Assembly: GCA_040767965.1 (NCBI GenBank)
Contig: JAXGNR010000004.1
Span: forward strand, 416,001-480,000
DNA length: 64,000 nt
Source of the DNA: Atribacterota bacterium
Lineage (GTDB): Bacteria > Atribacterota > Phoenicimicrobiia > Phoenicimicrobiales > Stramentimicrobiaceae
Direction of reading: 5' to 3'
Positions 39,280 to 48,650 of this stretch are shown in pieces. The position numbers were made by a program, and so were the translations under genes. The first letter of the stretch is position 1. The number at the start of each line of letters is the position of its first letter. The notes below the pieces were generated by a model. It was not told the DNA's origin, did no database searches, and saw nothing but the letters and a program-made list of their open reading frames with translations.

Positions 39280-40147
39280 ACTAAAAAGTTATGCAAAAAT
39301 AAATTTATTTCTGGATATTAAAGAAAGAATAGATAATGGCTACCATCTAATAGAGACTATTTTCCAAACTATAAATATTTTTGATGAAATTATAATCGAA
39401 AAATTAAATGAGCCAGTTTTCTTAATTAAATGTGATAACCCGGATGTACCAACTGGAGAAAATAGCTTAATTTATCAAGCTATTAAAAAAGTAATGGGGA
39501 ACACTAAACAAGGTTTATCTGTAAAAATCAAGAAGAATGTTCCTCTAGCTGCAGGACTTGGAGGAGGGTCTTCTAATGTTGCTGCTATATTATTGGGATT
39601 ACAGAGATTATTTAATTTTTCATTCAATCTAAAAGAATTAATAACAATAGCTACTGATTTAGGAATGGATATTCCTTATTTTTTCGTGAGAGGTACAGTT
39701 TATGGCACAGGTCGTGGAGAAATACTTTATCAACTACAGCCAATCAAAGGCCCTCTTAAATTAATACTGATAAATCCTAATTTTCAAATAACTTCAAAAT
39801 GGGCTTATCAAGCTTATGATGAGGAATATGAAAAGAGAAAACAAAATAAAGAAATAAAACAGTATTTACACCAATGCAGTGAATTAAAACTAGCTGACTT
39901 AAAAAAGATTGCTTTTAATAGTTTTGATGCTACAATTGTTAAATTCTATCCTTTGATTAAAGAGATAAAATCACAATTAAAAGAAACTGGTGCTTCAGTA
40001 GTTTCTGTTTCTGGAAGCGGGCCAACTGTATATGGTATATATGAAGATGTCAAAACAAGAAACGATGCTTTTTATTTGTTGAAAGACAAATATCCATTAG
40101 TACTTAAGGCAAATACTATCAGGGCTAAAAATATATTTTGTAAATAA
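39272..40147 (+). CDS. ispE: 4-diphosphocytidyl-2-C-methyl-D-erythritol kinase
   Basis: AKINLFL, GYHLIET, KNVPLAAGLGGGSSN, GRGE, SGSGPTV. Confidence 0.95.
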   Translation: MIKLKSYAKINLFLDIKERIDNGYHLIETIFQTINIFDEIIIEKLNEPVFLIKCDNPDVPTGENSLIYQAIKKVMGNTKQGLSVKIKKNVPLAAGLGGGSSNVAAILLGLQRLFNFSFNLKELITIATDLGMDIPYFFVRGTVYGTGRGEILYQLQPIKGPLKLILINPNFQITSKWAYQAYDEEYEKRKQNKEIKQYLHQCSELKLADLKKIAFNSFDATIVKFYPLIKEIKSQLKETGASVVSVSGSGPTVYGIYEDVKTRNDAFYLLKDKYPLVLKANTIRAKNIFCK

Positions 40148-40197
40148 TTATGCGAATTTGATATTTCTTAACTTTATTAAGCAGTAAAAGGAAAAAA

Positions 40198-40674
40198 ATG
40201 AAAATAGGTTTTGGATATGACATTCATCCCTTGCAAGAAGGAAGAAATCTTATTTTAGGTGGTCAAAAAATCAATTATAAAAAAGGTTTAGCAGGGCATT
40301 CTGATGCCGATGTGCTGATACATGCTGTTATGGATGCTTTGCTTGGAGCAGCTGGTCTGGGAGACCTTGGAATGCATTTTCCGGATACTAATCCCAGATT
40401 GGAAAATATCTCAAGCATGATTATGTTATCACATGTTGTTACTTTGTTAAAAAAAGTGAAATATAAAATAAGTAATATTGATGCAACAGTTGTACTGGAG
40501 AATCCAAAAATAGCAGATTATTATCCTAAAATGAAAAAAAATCTTTCTAGTATATTAAAAATATCTGAAAGCAATATTAACATTAAAGCAACAACCAATG
40601 AAAAAATGGGCCCCGTGGGAAGAGAAGAAGGGATAGCAGCATTTTGTGTAGTATTAATAGAAAAAATTGTATAA
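40198..40674 (+). CDS. ispF: 2-C-methyl-D-erythritol 2,4-cyclodiphosphate synthase
   Basis: IGFGYDIH, GHSDADV, DALLGA, FPDT, KATTNE, GREEGIAA. Confidence 0.96.
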   Translation: MKIGFGYDIHPLQEGRNLILGGQKINYKKGLAGHSDADVLIHAVMDALLGAAGLGDLGMHFPDTNPRLENISSMIMLSHVVTLLKKVKYKISNIDATVVLENPKIADYYPKMKKNLSSILKISESNINIKATTNEKMGPVGREEGIAAFCVVLIEKIV

Positions 40675-40786
40675 TACATTAGAAATGTGTTATAAATATT
40701 GTCCAAAGAAGGTAATATTTTAAACTGGAATAATTAAAATTATTAAAAAAAATATCCTAACTGAAAAAGAAAGGAGAAATATAATT

Positions 40787-41155
40787 ATGAATGATGAAAA
40801 TAAAAATGAAAACAATGAAATTAATGGTGAAAACAATCAAAAATTGTATCCTCATCAATTACCATTAACTACACTTCTCTCCTGGTTTATTAGCATATTA
40901 AATGGAAAAGCATGGGAATATCTTGGATTGATGATGAATCCTGAAACCAGGGAAATTAACCAGGATTTAAGAAAGGCTAAAATATCTATTGATAGTATTG
41001 GCTTTTTATATGAACAAATAAAAGGTGAACTGGAAAAAGAAGAGAAAGTACAAATGGAAAACCATATTGCTAATCTGCACATGAATTTTGTTGAAAAAAC
41101 TAAGGAAAAGAAAAGTTTTACTGAAAATTCCTCAGACAAAGAAGTGCAAAAATAA
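40787..41155 (+). CDS. DUF1844-like protein
   Basis: AWEYLGLMMNPET, DLRKAKISID, LHMNFV. Confidence 0.7.
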   Translation: MNDENKNENNEINGENNQKLYPHQLPLTTLLSWFISILNGKAWEYLGLMMNPETREINQDLRKAKISIDSIGFLYEQIKGELEKEEKVQMENHIANLHMNFVEKTKEKKSFTENSSDKEVQK

Positions 41156-41191
41156 TAATATCCATACTAGACGTTAAAGGGGGAATATATA

Positions 41192-42112
41192 TTGAAAGAA
41201 TTATTTAAAAAATATAAAGAAATTAGATTTTGGGTATTTTTAATGTTACCTCTTTTCTGCATAACCGTTTCCGGCATTACCCAAGATGCTCGATCTTATT
41301 ATGAAAATGGTTATCAATATTTTTCCCAGGGAGATTACCAAAAAGCAGAAGAAAGCTATCAGAAAGCAATTGAGTTAAACCCTGATTTTGAAGATGCCCA
41401 TTATTGGTTGGGGAAGGTTTATAGACAAACAGGTCAGCACACCCAAGCAGTTCCCCAATGGATTGAAGTTTTAAGGATTAACCCAAGAAACCCTTATGCT
41501 TTTAGATATTTAAATGAAAGTTTTCGCAGTACTCCCAGAATTCAAAATGGCAAAGCACAAGATTTTTATGAAGAAAGTTTAAAAATTTTGAAGATTACAA
41601 AAGAAGAATATTTTTTAAATGAAAATAATTATAATATTACTGAATTATTGCAAGTAGCTCCATATTTCAGAAAGGCTCTAGAATTAGAGGATGATTTTAT
41701 TCCTGCATATTATTGGCTTGGAGAATTATACAAGATATTATCAAAAAAAATTAGCTGGCAATACACTTCAATGGCTATCAACAATTTTGAGAATGTCATT
41801 AAAATTGAAGAAGAAAAAACCCCTATAACACTTACCAGACCAGCAGAATATTGGTATACTTATCAAGAGTTGGCAGATATTTATCAATCATTAGGTTTAA
41901 ATGAAAGAAAAGATAATCTATTGTTAAGATTACACGAAATTAAGGCTAAAGCATATGAAAAAATACTGGCAAAATCTGATTTTACTGACTTGGGTTATCC
42001 AGATGCAGTTGAAATTGTTAAAGAACAGGATAAAATTTCTGAACGCTGGAAATATACAGAAGAAGGAATAGTCTTAAGGGTTATAAATGCAGAAGTTGTC
42101 GGAAAAGAATAG
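41192..42112 (+). CDS. Exported TPR-repeat protein
   Basis: Signal-like N-terminus; YQKAIELNPDFEDAHYWLGKVY TPRs. Confidence 0.75.
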   Translation: MKELFKKYKEIRFWVFLMLPLFCITVSGITQDARSYYENGYQYFSQGDYQKAEESYQKAIELNPDFEDAHYWLGKVYRQTGQHTQAVPQWIEVLRINPRNPYAFRYLNESFRSTPRIQNGKAQDFYEESLKILKITKEEYFLNENNYNITELLQVAPYFRKALELEDDFIPAYYWLGELYKILSKKISWQYTSMAINNFENVIKIEEEKTPITLTRPAEYWYTYQELADIYQSLGLNERKDNLLLRLHEIKAKAYEKILAKSDFTDLGYPDAVEIVKEQDKISERWKYTEEGIVLRVINAEVVGKE

Positions 42113-42226
42113 GTCAATAAACATTATCGACATGATGTAGTCTCGTAAGTAATTGGAATTGCCAGTGCCTTGCCTGAAAGGAACTTTGAAGATGGAAATG
42201 AAGCCAAATAAAAAGAAAGAAAAAAA

Positions 42227-42823
42227 TTGATTACAAATAACCTGAAAATTGGTATAATGGGTGGTGTTTTTGACCCGATTCATATTGGACATTTATTTAC
42301 AGCTGAAGAGGCTAGAATAAAATTTTGCTTGGATAAGATCATTTTTGTTCCTTGTTTGCATCCAACACACAAAAGAAATGATCAAATAACAGATATTAAA
42401 CACCGATTACAAATGTCTTATTTGGCAATTAAAAGTAACCCATTTTTTGAGGTATCCGAAATTGAAATTAATAGGCCTGGCCCTTCTTATACAGTCGATA
42501 CTATAAGAGAATTTAGAGGAATATATGGTTGGAATGCAGATATTTTTTTTATTACCGGAGCAGATGCTTTTTTAGAAATTGAAACATGGTATAAAAAAGA
42601 TGAGTTATTAAAATTATGTAAATTTGTAGCTGCTACCAGACCAGGTTATGATCTGGGAAAGTTAAATACAAATTTCAAAAAAGTGTTATACGTAATGGAA
42701 ATACCATTATTGGCTATTTCATCTACTGATATAAGATATCGAATAAAAAATGATTTAAGTATTAAATATATTGTTTTAGAAAAAGTCAGGGATTACATCT
42801 ATAAAAATAAATTATATAAATAA
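42227..42823 (+). CDS. nadD: Nicotinate-nucleotide adenylyltransferase
   Basis: GGVFDPIHIGH, SYTVDT, FITGADA, ISSTDIR. Confidence 0.95.
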   Translation: MITNNLKIGIMGGVFDPIHIGHLFTAEEARIKFCLDKIIFVPCLHPTHKRNDQITDIKHRLQMSYLAIKSNPFFEVSEIEINRPGPSYTVDTIREFRGIYGWNADIFFITGADAFLEIETWYKKDELLKLCKFVAATRPGYDLGKLNTNFKKVLYVMEIPLLAISSTDIRYRIKNDLSIKYIVLEKVRDYIYKNKLYK

Positions 42824-42833
42824 TAATAACAAA

Positions 42834-43466
42834 ATGATGCAAACAGGTATAGGTATCGGAATAGATTTTATTGAAAAAAAGTTAAAAAATTTATTGAGCG
42901 AAGAAAGATTTTTGCACTGTAAACAGGTTAGTAAAATGGCTGGGGAAATTGCCGAACATCATAATGAATCTGTTCAAAAAGCTGTTATTACGGGATTGAT
43001 CCATGATGTTGCAAAAGACCTTTCTTGTATCGATTTAAATAGAATGATTAAAAAATATAACATAAAACTTAGCAGTATTGAAAAAAAAATACCGGAAATA
43101 TGGCATGCATATATCGGTGCTGAGATGTTAAAAGATCTATTCAATATAAACGATGAACAAATTGTAAATGCCATCAAATACCACAGTACAGCTTCTGAAA
43201 CTCTTGGAGAGTTAGGCAAAATAATTTATATAGCTGACAAGATTGAACCAAATAGAAATTTCCCGGAAGCAGAAAAAATAAGAAATCTGGTATGGTATAA
43301 TATCGATTCAGCTATGCTGGAAATATTGAATAGAGAATTAACTTATTTACTCTCTAAAAATAGAGTAATACACCCTGATACTCTAAAAACCAGAAATAAA
43401 CTATTAATAAAAACAAGGGATTGTTATGGGCAGAAGAGATTTGCACAAAAAAAGAAAAACAGTTAA
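42834..43466 (+). CDS. yqeK: HD-domain Ap4A hydrolase YqeK
   Basis: RFLH, LIHDVAK, WHA, AIKYHS, IYIADKIEPNR; follows nadD. Confidence 0.88.
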   Translation: MMQTGIGIGIDFIEKKLKNLLSEERFLHCKQVSKMAGEIAEHHNESVQKAVITGLIHDVAKDLSCIDLNRMIKKYNIKLSSIEKKIPEIWHAYIGAEMLKDLFNINDEQIVNAIKYHSTASETLGELGKIIYIADKIEPNRNFPEAEKIRNLVWYNIDSAMLEILNRELTYLLSKNRVIHPDTLKTRNKLLIKTRDCYGQKRFAQKKKNS

Positions 43467-44583
43467 GAAGAAATATCTACAAATTACTTTTTTGGTAATT
43501 TTACTTATTGCCTGCTTTACTGGGTTGTACCTTTTTAATATTTTTCCTTTTAGTTCTGATATATTTGCTTATGACAGACTTAATATATTGGCCGTCGGAA
43601 CCGATAGTGTTGAAAGTAAAGGTAGGGCTGACACAATACTTGTTTTAAGTCTGTCTCCCAAAACAAAAGAAACAATCTTGTTTTCTATTCCAAGGGACAC
43701 CAGGGTAATGGTACCTGGCAGGGGAATGGATAAGATAAACCATGCTTTTGCTTATGGTGATATAGATTTACTGGAAAAAACTGTTGAAGAGTATATAGGA
43801 TTACCTATTCACTATTATGGAGTATTGGATTTCGAAGGTTTCCAGTACATTATTGATGCCCTTGGTGGAGTGAGCATAGATGTGGAAAAAAATATGTATT
43901 ATGTTGATAATGCTGGAGATTTAATAATAAATCTACATAGCGGCCCACAGATTCTGGATGGAGAAAAGGCATTGCAATATGTACGTTTCAGGCTTGATAG
44001 TCTTGGAGACTTAGGAAGGATACAGAGACAGCAGAAACTCATTAATGCTGTTATTGAAAAAATATTACAATTCGATAGTATGGTAAAAATTCCCAATATC
44101 ATAAATAGCCTAAAAGAGTATATTCGTACAAACATGGATACCAACGAAATCTTATCCCTGGCCAGACTGATGAAGGATATAGATAAGAATAAAATCTGGA
44201 TAGAAACTATTCAAGGTGAGCCTAGATATATAAATGGGATTAGCTATCTGGTAAATGATGAAGAAGAAGTCAGGAAAAAAGTTAGTTTCCTCATAGAAAA
44301 CAGCTATAAAGGGCTTACAATTGAAGTATTGAATGGGAATCAAATGCCAGGGGTCGCCCATAGAGTTGCTAATAAAATGGAGCAATTAGGATTTAAAGTG
44401 ATTAATGTTGATAATGCTGATAATTTTAATTATCAAAAAACAGTATTAATTATAAATAAAAAGAATATCCAGGCTGATAAATATATCAATGAATTTTTTG
44501 ACGATTTAGAAGTTATACGTAGAGACCAACCTCAAAGCGAAGCTGATATGACTATAATAATAGGAAAAAATATGATATACTAA
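43426..44583 (+). CDS. LCP (LytR-CpsA-Psr) family protein with LytR_C domain
   Basis: GRADTI, SIPRDT, DKINHA, LQYVRFR, GDLGRIQRQQ; C-terminal EVLNG...A, DMTIIIG. Confidence 0.92.
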   Translation: MGRRDLHKKRKTVKKKYLQITFLVILLIACFTGLYLFNIFPFSSDIFAYDRLNILAVGTDSVESKGRADTILVLSLSPKTKETILFSIPRDTRVMVPGRGMDKINHAFAYGDIDLLEKTVEEYIGLPIHYYGVLDFEGFQYIIDALGGVSIDVEKNMYYVDNAGDLIINLHSGPQILDGEKALQYVRFRLDSLGDLGRIQRQQKLINAVIEKILQFDSMVKIPNIINSLKEYIRTNMDTNEILSLARLMKDIDKNKIWIETIQGEPRYINGISYLVNDEEEVRKKVSFLIENSYKGLTIEVLNGNQMPGVAHRVANKMEQLGFKVINVDNADNFNYQKTVLIINKKNIQADKYINEFFDDLEVIRRDQPQSEADMTIIIGKNMIY

Positions 44584-44719
44584 ATCAGTTATTTTAATTA
44601 GCAATTATTATGTTTTATAGTGTGAACTCTATATTTAATAAGTATTTTTTTTATAAAAATAAAAAAGAAAAAATTTTCAAAATAAATATTAAACTAATAA
44701 CACAAAAGGAGAAGTTTGC

Positions 44720-45067
44720 TTGAAAAATAATGCTAAAGAAATAGCTCTTTTCTTTGCAAAGACTTTACATGAAAAAAATGCAAAAGATACGGTAATTTTA
44801 AATATTTCAAATATATCAATAATTGCTGACTATTTTATTATTGCAACTGCACAATCTCCAACACATATAAAAGCATTGTCCAATTCTCTTTTAGAAAAAT
44901 TAAAAGAAAATGATATAAATAGAAATGCGGTATTTGAAGGGAATCATAACACTGGATGGCTTTTAATAGATTGTGGCGACATTGTTGTTCATCTGTTTTT
45001 AGAAGAAAAAAGAGACTATTACAATCTTGAATATGTTTGGCAAGAAGCAGAAAAAATATTCTTTTAA
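44720..45067 (+). CDS. rsfS: Ribosome silencing factor RsfS
   Basis: IADYFIIAT, WLLIDCGDIVVHLF, RDYYNLE.VW. Confidence 0.93.
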   Translation: MKNNAKEIALFFAKTLHEKNAKDTVILNISNISIIADYFIIATAQSPTHIKALSNSLLEKLKENDINRNAVFEGNHNTGWLLIDCGDIVVHLFLEEKRDYYNLEYVWQEAEKIFF

Positions 45068-45117
45068 GTAAGATAATCTTTTAATAATATGCTCCGTAAA
45101 GATAAAGGAGGTTTATT

Positions 45118-45522
45118 ATGGTTAGTGGTGGAAGAAGTTCGGGAAATTGGGTTTTTGGATTAATCATTCTAATTATCGGGATAATATTTTTAGTAGAAAA
45201 TTTAATTGGAATGGAAATCTGGGACAAGGTCTGGCTGTTCTGGCCTTTTTTGCTTATGCTTTGGGGATTGGTGGAATTATTTCAAAAGAAGTCTATTTTT
45301 TTTGGGATAATATTACTCGGACTCGGGATATTATTCCTAGCAAAAAATTTAGACTTATTTCAATGGTCGGAATCAATATGGAAGTTTTGGCCAATTATAA
45401 TCATTGCGATAGGCGTCGATCAGCTATTTAAAAAAACAGAAGAGCCAACAATTCTAAAAAGCAATATGAAAAAACAGAAAGGAAAAAAAGAAATGATTAC
45501 TCAAGAAGATGAAATTATCTGA
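45118..45522 (+). CDS. LiaF/DUF5668-like small membrane protein
   Basis: Two GxxLxxxGxxFL...WxxWPxxLxxxG repeats. Confidence 0.7.
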   Translation: MVSGGRSSGNWVFGLIILIIGIIFLVENLIGMEIWDKVWLFWPFLLMLWGLVELFQKKSIFFGIILLGLGILFLAKNLDLFQWSESIWKFWPIIIIAIGVDQLFKKTEEPTILKSNMKKQKGKKEMITQEDEII

Positions 45523-45553
45523 AATTAGTAGTCATTATAGAATAAACAAATAG

Positions 45554-46234
45554 ATGTTAGGAACAATTGTAAACAGCTTGGCTATTGTTTTTGGATGTAT
45601 TGTAGGATTATTTTTAAAGGAACGCTTCCCTGAAAAGATAGGTATCATTTTATTCCAGGGTATTGGTTTAACAACTTTGATGATAGGTGTGCAAATGGCA
45701 GTTCAAGGTACAGAAATCTTACCTATTATTGTTTCAATACTTTTAGGAGGAATGGTAGGAGAATTAATAAATATTGAAAAGAGATTAAATCAGATCGGAA
45801 ATTCCTTAAAAGATAGATTTAGTAAGTTTGATGGAAATGAGAAATTTACTGAAGGATTTATTGCTGCCAGTCTTCTTTTTTGTGTAGGATCGATGGCTAT
45901 TATGGGGGCAATAGAAGAGGGAATCAATAATAATTCCAGTATTTTGTTTGCGAAATCTGCCTTAGATGGTATATCTTCTATAATTTTTTCCGCTTCTTTG
46001 GGTATAGGTGTATTGTTTTCAGCTATACCTGTATTTATATACCAGGGAATAATAACCCAGATTGCTCAATTGGTTAAAAACTTGATTACAGTTGAAATGA
46101 TCACTCAGATGACTGCAGTTGGAGGGATTCTTATTATTGGCTTAGGTATAAATATTTTAGAAATAAAGAAAATAAAAGTAGCTAATTTATTACCTTCAAT
46201 TTTTATTATTCTAATTTTTACTGCTTTCTTATAA
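45554..46234 (+). CDS. DUF554 family membrane protein
   Basis: MLGTIVN, EGFIAASLLFCVGSMAIMG, KSALDG, LGIGV, VANLLP. Confidence 0.88.
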   Translation: MLGTIVNSLAIVFGCIVGLFLKERFPEKIGIILFQGIGLTTLMIGVQMAVQGTEILPIIVSILLGGMVGELINIEKRLNQIGNSLKDRFSKFDGNEKFTEGFIAASLLFCVGSMAIMGAIEEGINNNSSILFAKSALDGISSIIFSASLGIGVLFSAIPVFIYQGIITQIAQLVKNLITVEMITQMTAVGGILIIGLGINILEIKKIKVANLLPSIFIILIFTAFL

Positions 46235-46354
46235 TTTTATAATATTATTTATAAAACTAGTCCAACTATTTTAAATAAAAGATAAAAGGTATAAAATATT
46301 TTCACGTAAAAAATTTAATGAACATAACAGAAGGATTTACCGAAGGAGAAAAAA

Positions 46355-47566
46355 ATGCCAAATACAAAAGCATCAATTTACTTAAGAGATATTGAAAAAG
46401 AAATTCTAATTAACAAAAAAGTAATAGTAAGAGTTGATTACAATGTACCCCTTGATAAAAAATTGGCTGTTACGGATGATTCAAGAATATTAGCTACCTT
46501 AGAAACAATAAAATACCTTTTATCAGCTGGTTGTAAAGTAATTTTAATGAGTCATTTAGGTAGGCCAAACGGAGAATCAAACAACAAATTAAAACTTGAT
46601 CCTGTAGCCAGGAAATTAGAAGATTTACTGCAAAAGAAGGTAATAAAACTGGATGACTGTATAGGGCAAGATGTAAAGAAGTTCATCTCCGACTCGAATA
46701 ATGGTGAATTAATTTTATTAGAAAATTTAAGATTCTATAAAGAAGAAGAAGAAAATGATGAATATTTTGCTAAAGAACTGGCTTCTTTGGCAGATATATA
46801 TATAAACGATGCCTTTGGAGCTGCACACCGAGCGCATGCTTCTACCGTTGGTATCACATCTTTTGTTCCATCCTATATTGGTTTTCTTATGGAAAAAGAA
46901 ATAAAAACACTTGATAAATTGATTAAAAATCCTGATAGGCCTTTTGTATCGGTTATTGGAGGGGCTAAGGTTCGGGATAAAATTACAATTTTAGAAAAAT
47001 TAGTGGATATATCTGATATCTTGCTAATTGGAGGAGGTATGGCTTATACTTTTTTAGCAGCACTTGGCTATGAAGTAGGTAGATCAATACTTGAGAAGGA
47101 ATACATAGAAAATGTTAAAAAAATATTAGGGATAGCAAAAAAGAAAAATAAAGAAATTGTGATACCTGTTGATTCTCTGGTTGCCGATGAATTCGCAGAA
47201 GATGCTATTGCCTATAATGTTCCCGTTGATAAAATACCTCCAAAAATGATGGGGATGGATATCGGTGAAAAAACTATAAGAATTTTTCAGAAAAAAATTG
47301 AAAATGCTAAAACATTATTTTGGAATGGACCTTTAGGTGTTTTTGAAATGAGAAAATTTTCTAAAGGCACAAACAAGATAGCTGCAAAGATTGCCACCTT
47401 GGAAGAAAGATGTTTTACTGTAATCGGAGGAGGAGATTCGATAGCAGCTATAAACAAAATTGGTTTAGCAGGAAATATTTCCCATATTTCAACTGGTGGT
47501 GGTGCGTCTATGGAATATTTAAGCGGTGAAAAATTACCAGGAATTGAGGCAATTAAAAATAAATGA
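46355..47566 (+). CDS. pgk: Phosphoglycerate kinase
   Basis: RVDYNVP, SHLGRP, LLENLRF, NDAFGAAHRAHAS, GGAKV, WNGPLGVFE, STGGGASME. Confidence 0.97.
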   Translation: MPNTKASIYLRDIEKEILINKKVIVRVDYNVPLDKKLAVTDDSRILATLETIKYLLSAGCKVILMSHLGRPNGESNNKLKLDPVARKLEDLLQKKVIKLDDCIGQDVKKFISDSNNGELILLENLRFYKEEEENDEYFAKELASLADIYINDAFGAAHRAHASTVGITSFVPSYIGFLMEKEIKTLDKLIKNPDRPFVSVIGGAKVRDKITILEKLVDISDILLIGGGMAYTFLAALGYEVGRSILEKEYIENVKKILGIAKKKNKEIVIPVDSLVADEFAEDAIAYNVPVDKIPPKMMGMDIGEKTIRIFQKKIENAKTLFWNGPLGVFEMRKFSKGTNKIAAKIATLEERCFTVIGGGDSIAAINKIGLAGNISHISTGGGASMEYLSGEKLPGIEAIKNK

Positions 47567-47642
47567 TAACTTATTCTTTGAAATTACTTTAAAAATTGAA
47601 AGGCAATGGATCTTTAACCATTTCCATTCAATTTAAATATGA

Positions 47643-47680
47643 TCAAAAATTGTTTGTAATTTTGTACAAACAGTTTTTGA
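47643..47680. terminator. 16-bp inverted repeat after pgk (terminator or operator)
   Basis: TCAAAAATTGTTTGTA-attttg-TACAAACAGTTTTTGA. Confidence 0.5.
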
Positions 47681-47699
47681 CAGTATTTTGATTAGAGGT

Positions 47700-47748
47700 T
47701 TGACAAAGGGTAAATTTGCGGTATAATTTAAATACCCTAGGGGGGTAT
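47700..47748 (+). promoter_or_regulatory. sigma70 promoter with CsoR/CstR-type operator
   Basis: TTGACA(47700)-16 bp-TATAAT(47722), then ATACCCTAGGGGGGTAT (47732-47748), a C/G-tract pseudo-palindrome like Bacillus CsoR operators. Confidence 0.85.
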
Positions 47749-47754
47749 ACAATA

Positions 47755-48039
47755 ATGCCGAACGAAAAAAAAATTACTGATGCAAATAAGTTAAAAATAT
47801 TGCAGCGCTTAAAAAAAATTGAAGGACAGATTAGGGGTATTCAAGGTATGGTTGCTGATGATAGACCTTGTGAAGATTTATTGATACAGGTATCAGCGGT
47901 AAGATCAGCCATTCATAGCATAGGCAAGTTAATACTGGAAGAAAAAGTTAATTCCTGTTTCCATTATTCTAAAAAAATATATTTAACCCAAAGTGCTATT
48001 GATGAAATAATAGAACTAATTATTAAGTTTGTACAATAA
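47755..48039 (+). CDS. CsoR/RcnR/CstR family metal- or thiol-sensing repressor
   Basis: RLKKIEGQIRGIQGMV..DRPCEDLLIQVSAVRSA...LEEKVNSC; start ATG 47755 (the TTG at 47716 lies inside the promoter). Confidence 0.9.
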   Translation: MPNEKKITDANKLKILQRLKKIEGQIRGIQGMVADDRPCEDLLIQVSAVRSAIHSIGKLILEEKVNSCFHYSKKIYLTQSAIDEIIELIIKFVQ

Positions 48040-48040
48040 A

Positions 48041-48070
48041 TTGACATTTTTAAGATTATTACCATATAAT
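48041..48070 (+). promoter_or_regulatory. Candidate internal promoter for mcsA
   Basis: TTGACA-18 bp-TATAAT. Confidence 0.6.
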
Positions 48071-48107
48071 CAAGCTGAAATTAATCAGCGAAAGAAGGCC
48101 ATAAAAA

Positions 48108-48650
48108 ATGTTATGCCAGATATGTAAAAAAAATGAAGCAACGATAAAAATTGTTAAGGTTATTGGAATGAATAAAACAGAGATAGATGTTTGTAGTGAT
48201 TGTGCTAAATATTTAATGGGGAACAGCAATACTTCTATTTCCTTTACCAAGAATAGTATTAATGACATCCTGGTAAATTTATTAAATGCTTTTTACAATC
48301 ATACCCAAGAAGAAATATCAGTTGATGAATCATTAGAGAAGAAGTGTCCTAATTGCGGACTAACTTATTCTGAATTTTTAAAATCAGGTAAGCTAGGATG
48401 TGATAAATGTTATGATGTTTATGAAAAACATATCAAACCTCTTCTAAGTCGTTTACATGGAAATTATGTACATGTGGGAAAGATGCCAAAAGCAATTAAG
48501 ATAAATTTAAATAGGATGAAAAAGATTCAGATAAAAAAAGAAGAACTGCAGAAAGCTATTAAAGAAGAAGAATATGAAAAAGCAGCGGTTTTAAGAGATC
48601 AAATTATTGAAGAAGAGAAAAAAGCTGGATTTGATAAAAATGATAAATGA
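48108..48650 (+). CDS. mcsA: Protein-arginine kinase activator McsA
   Basis: CQIC, CSDC, CPNC, GCDKCY, HVGK.P, UVR motif EEYEKAAVLRDQI. Confidence 0.93.
   Translation: MLCQICKKNEATIKIVKVIGMNKTEIDVCSDCAKYLMGNSNTSISFTKNSINDILVNLLNAFYNHTQEEISVDESLEKKCPNCGLTYSEFLKSGKLGCDKCYDVYEKHIKPLLSRLHGNYVHVGKMPKAIKINLNRMKKIQIKKEELQKAIKEEEYEKAAVLRDQIIEEEKKAGFDKNDK

Noticed and set aside
47675-47705. CtsR box (TTTGAC repeats) upstream of the csoR-mcsA operon
   Set aside because: TTTGACA/TTTGATT/TTTGACA copies do not have the 3-nt spacing of the RGTCAAA-NAN-RGTCAAA consensus, and one is simply the -35 box
47716-47754. N-terminal extension of the CsoR-family ORF (also xerD from 30781, mcsB from 48607, ispD from 38563)
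   Set aside because: Extensions overlap a promoter or upstream CDS; downstream ATGs match family N-termini
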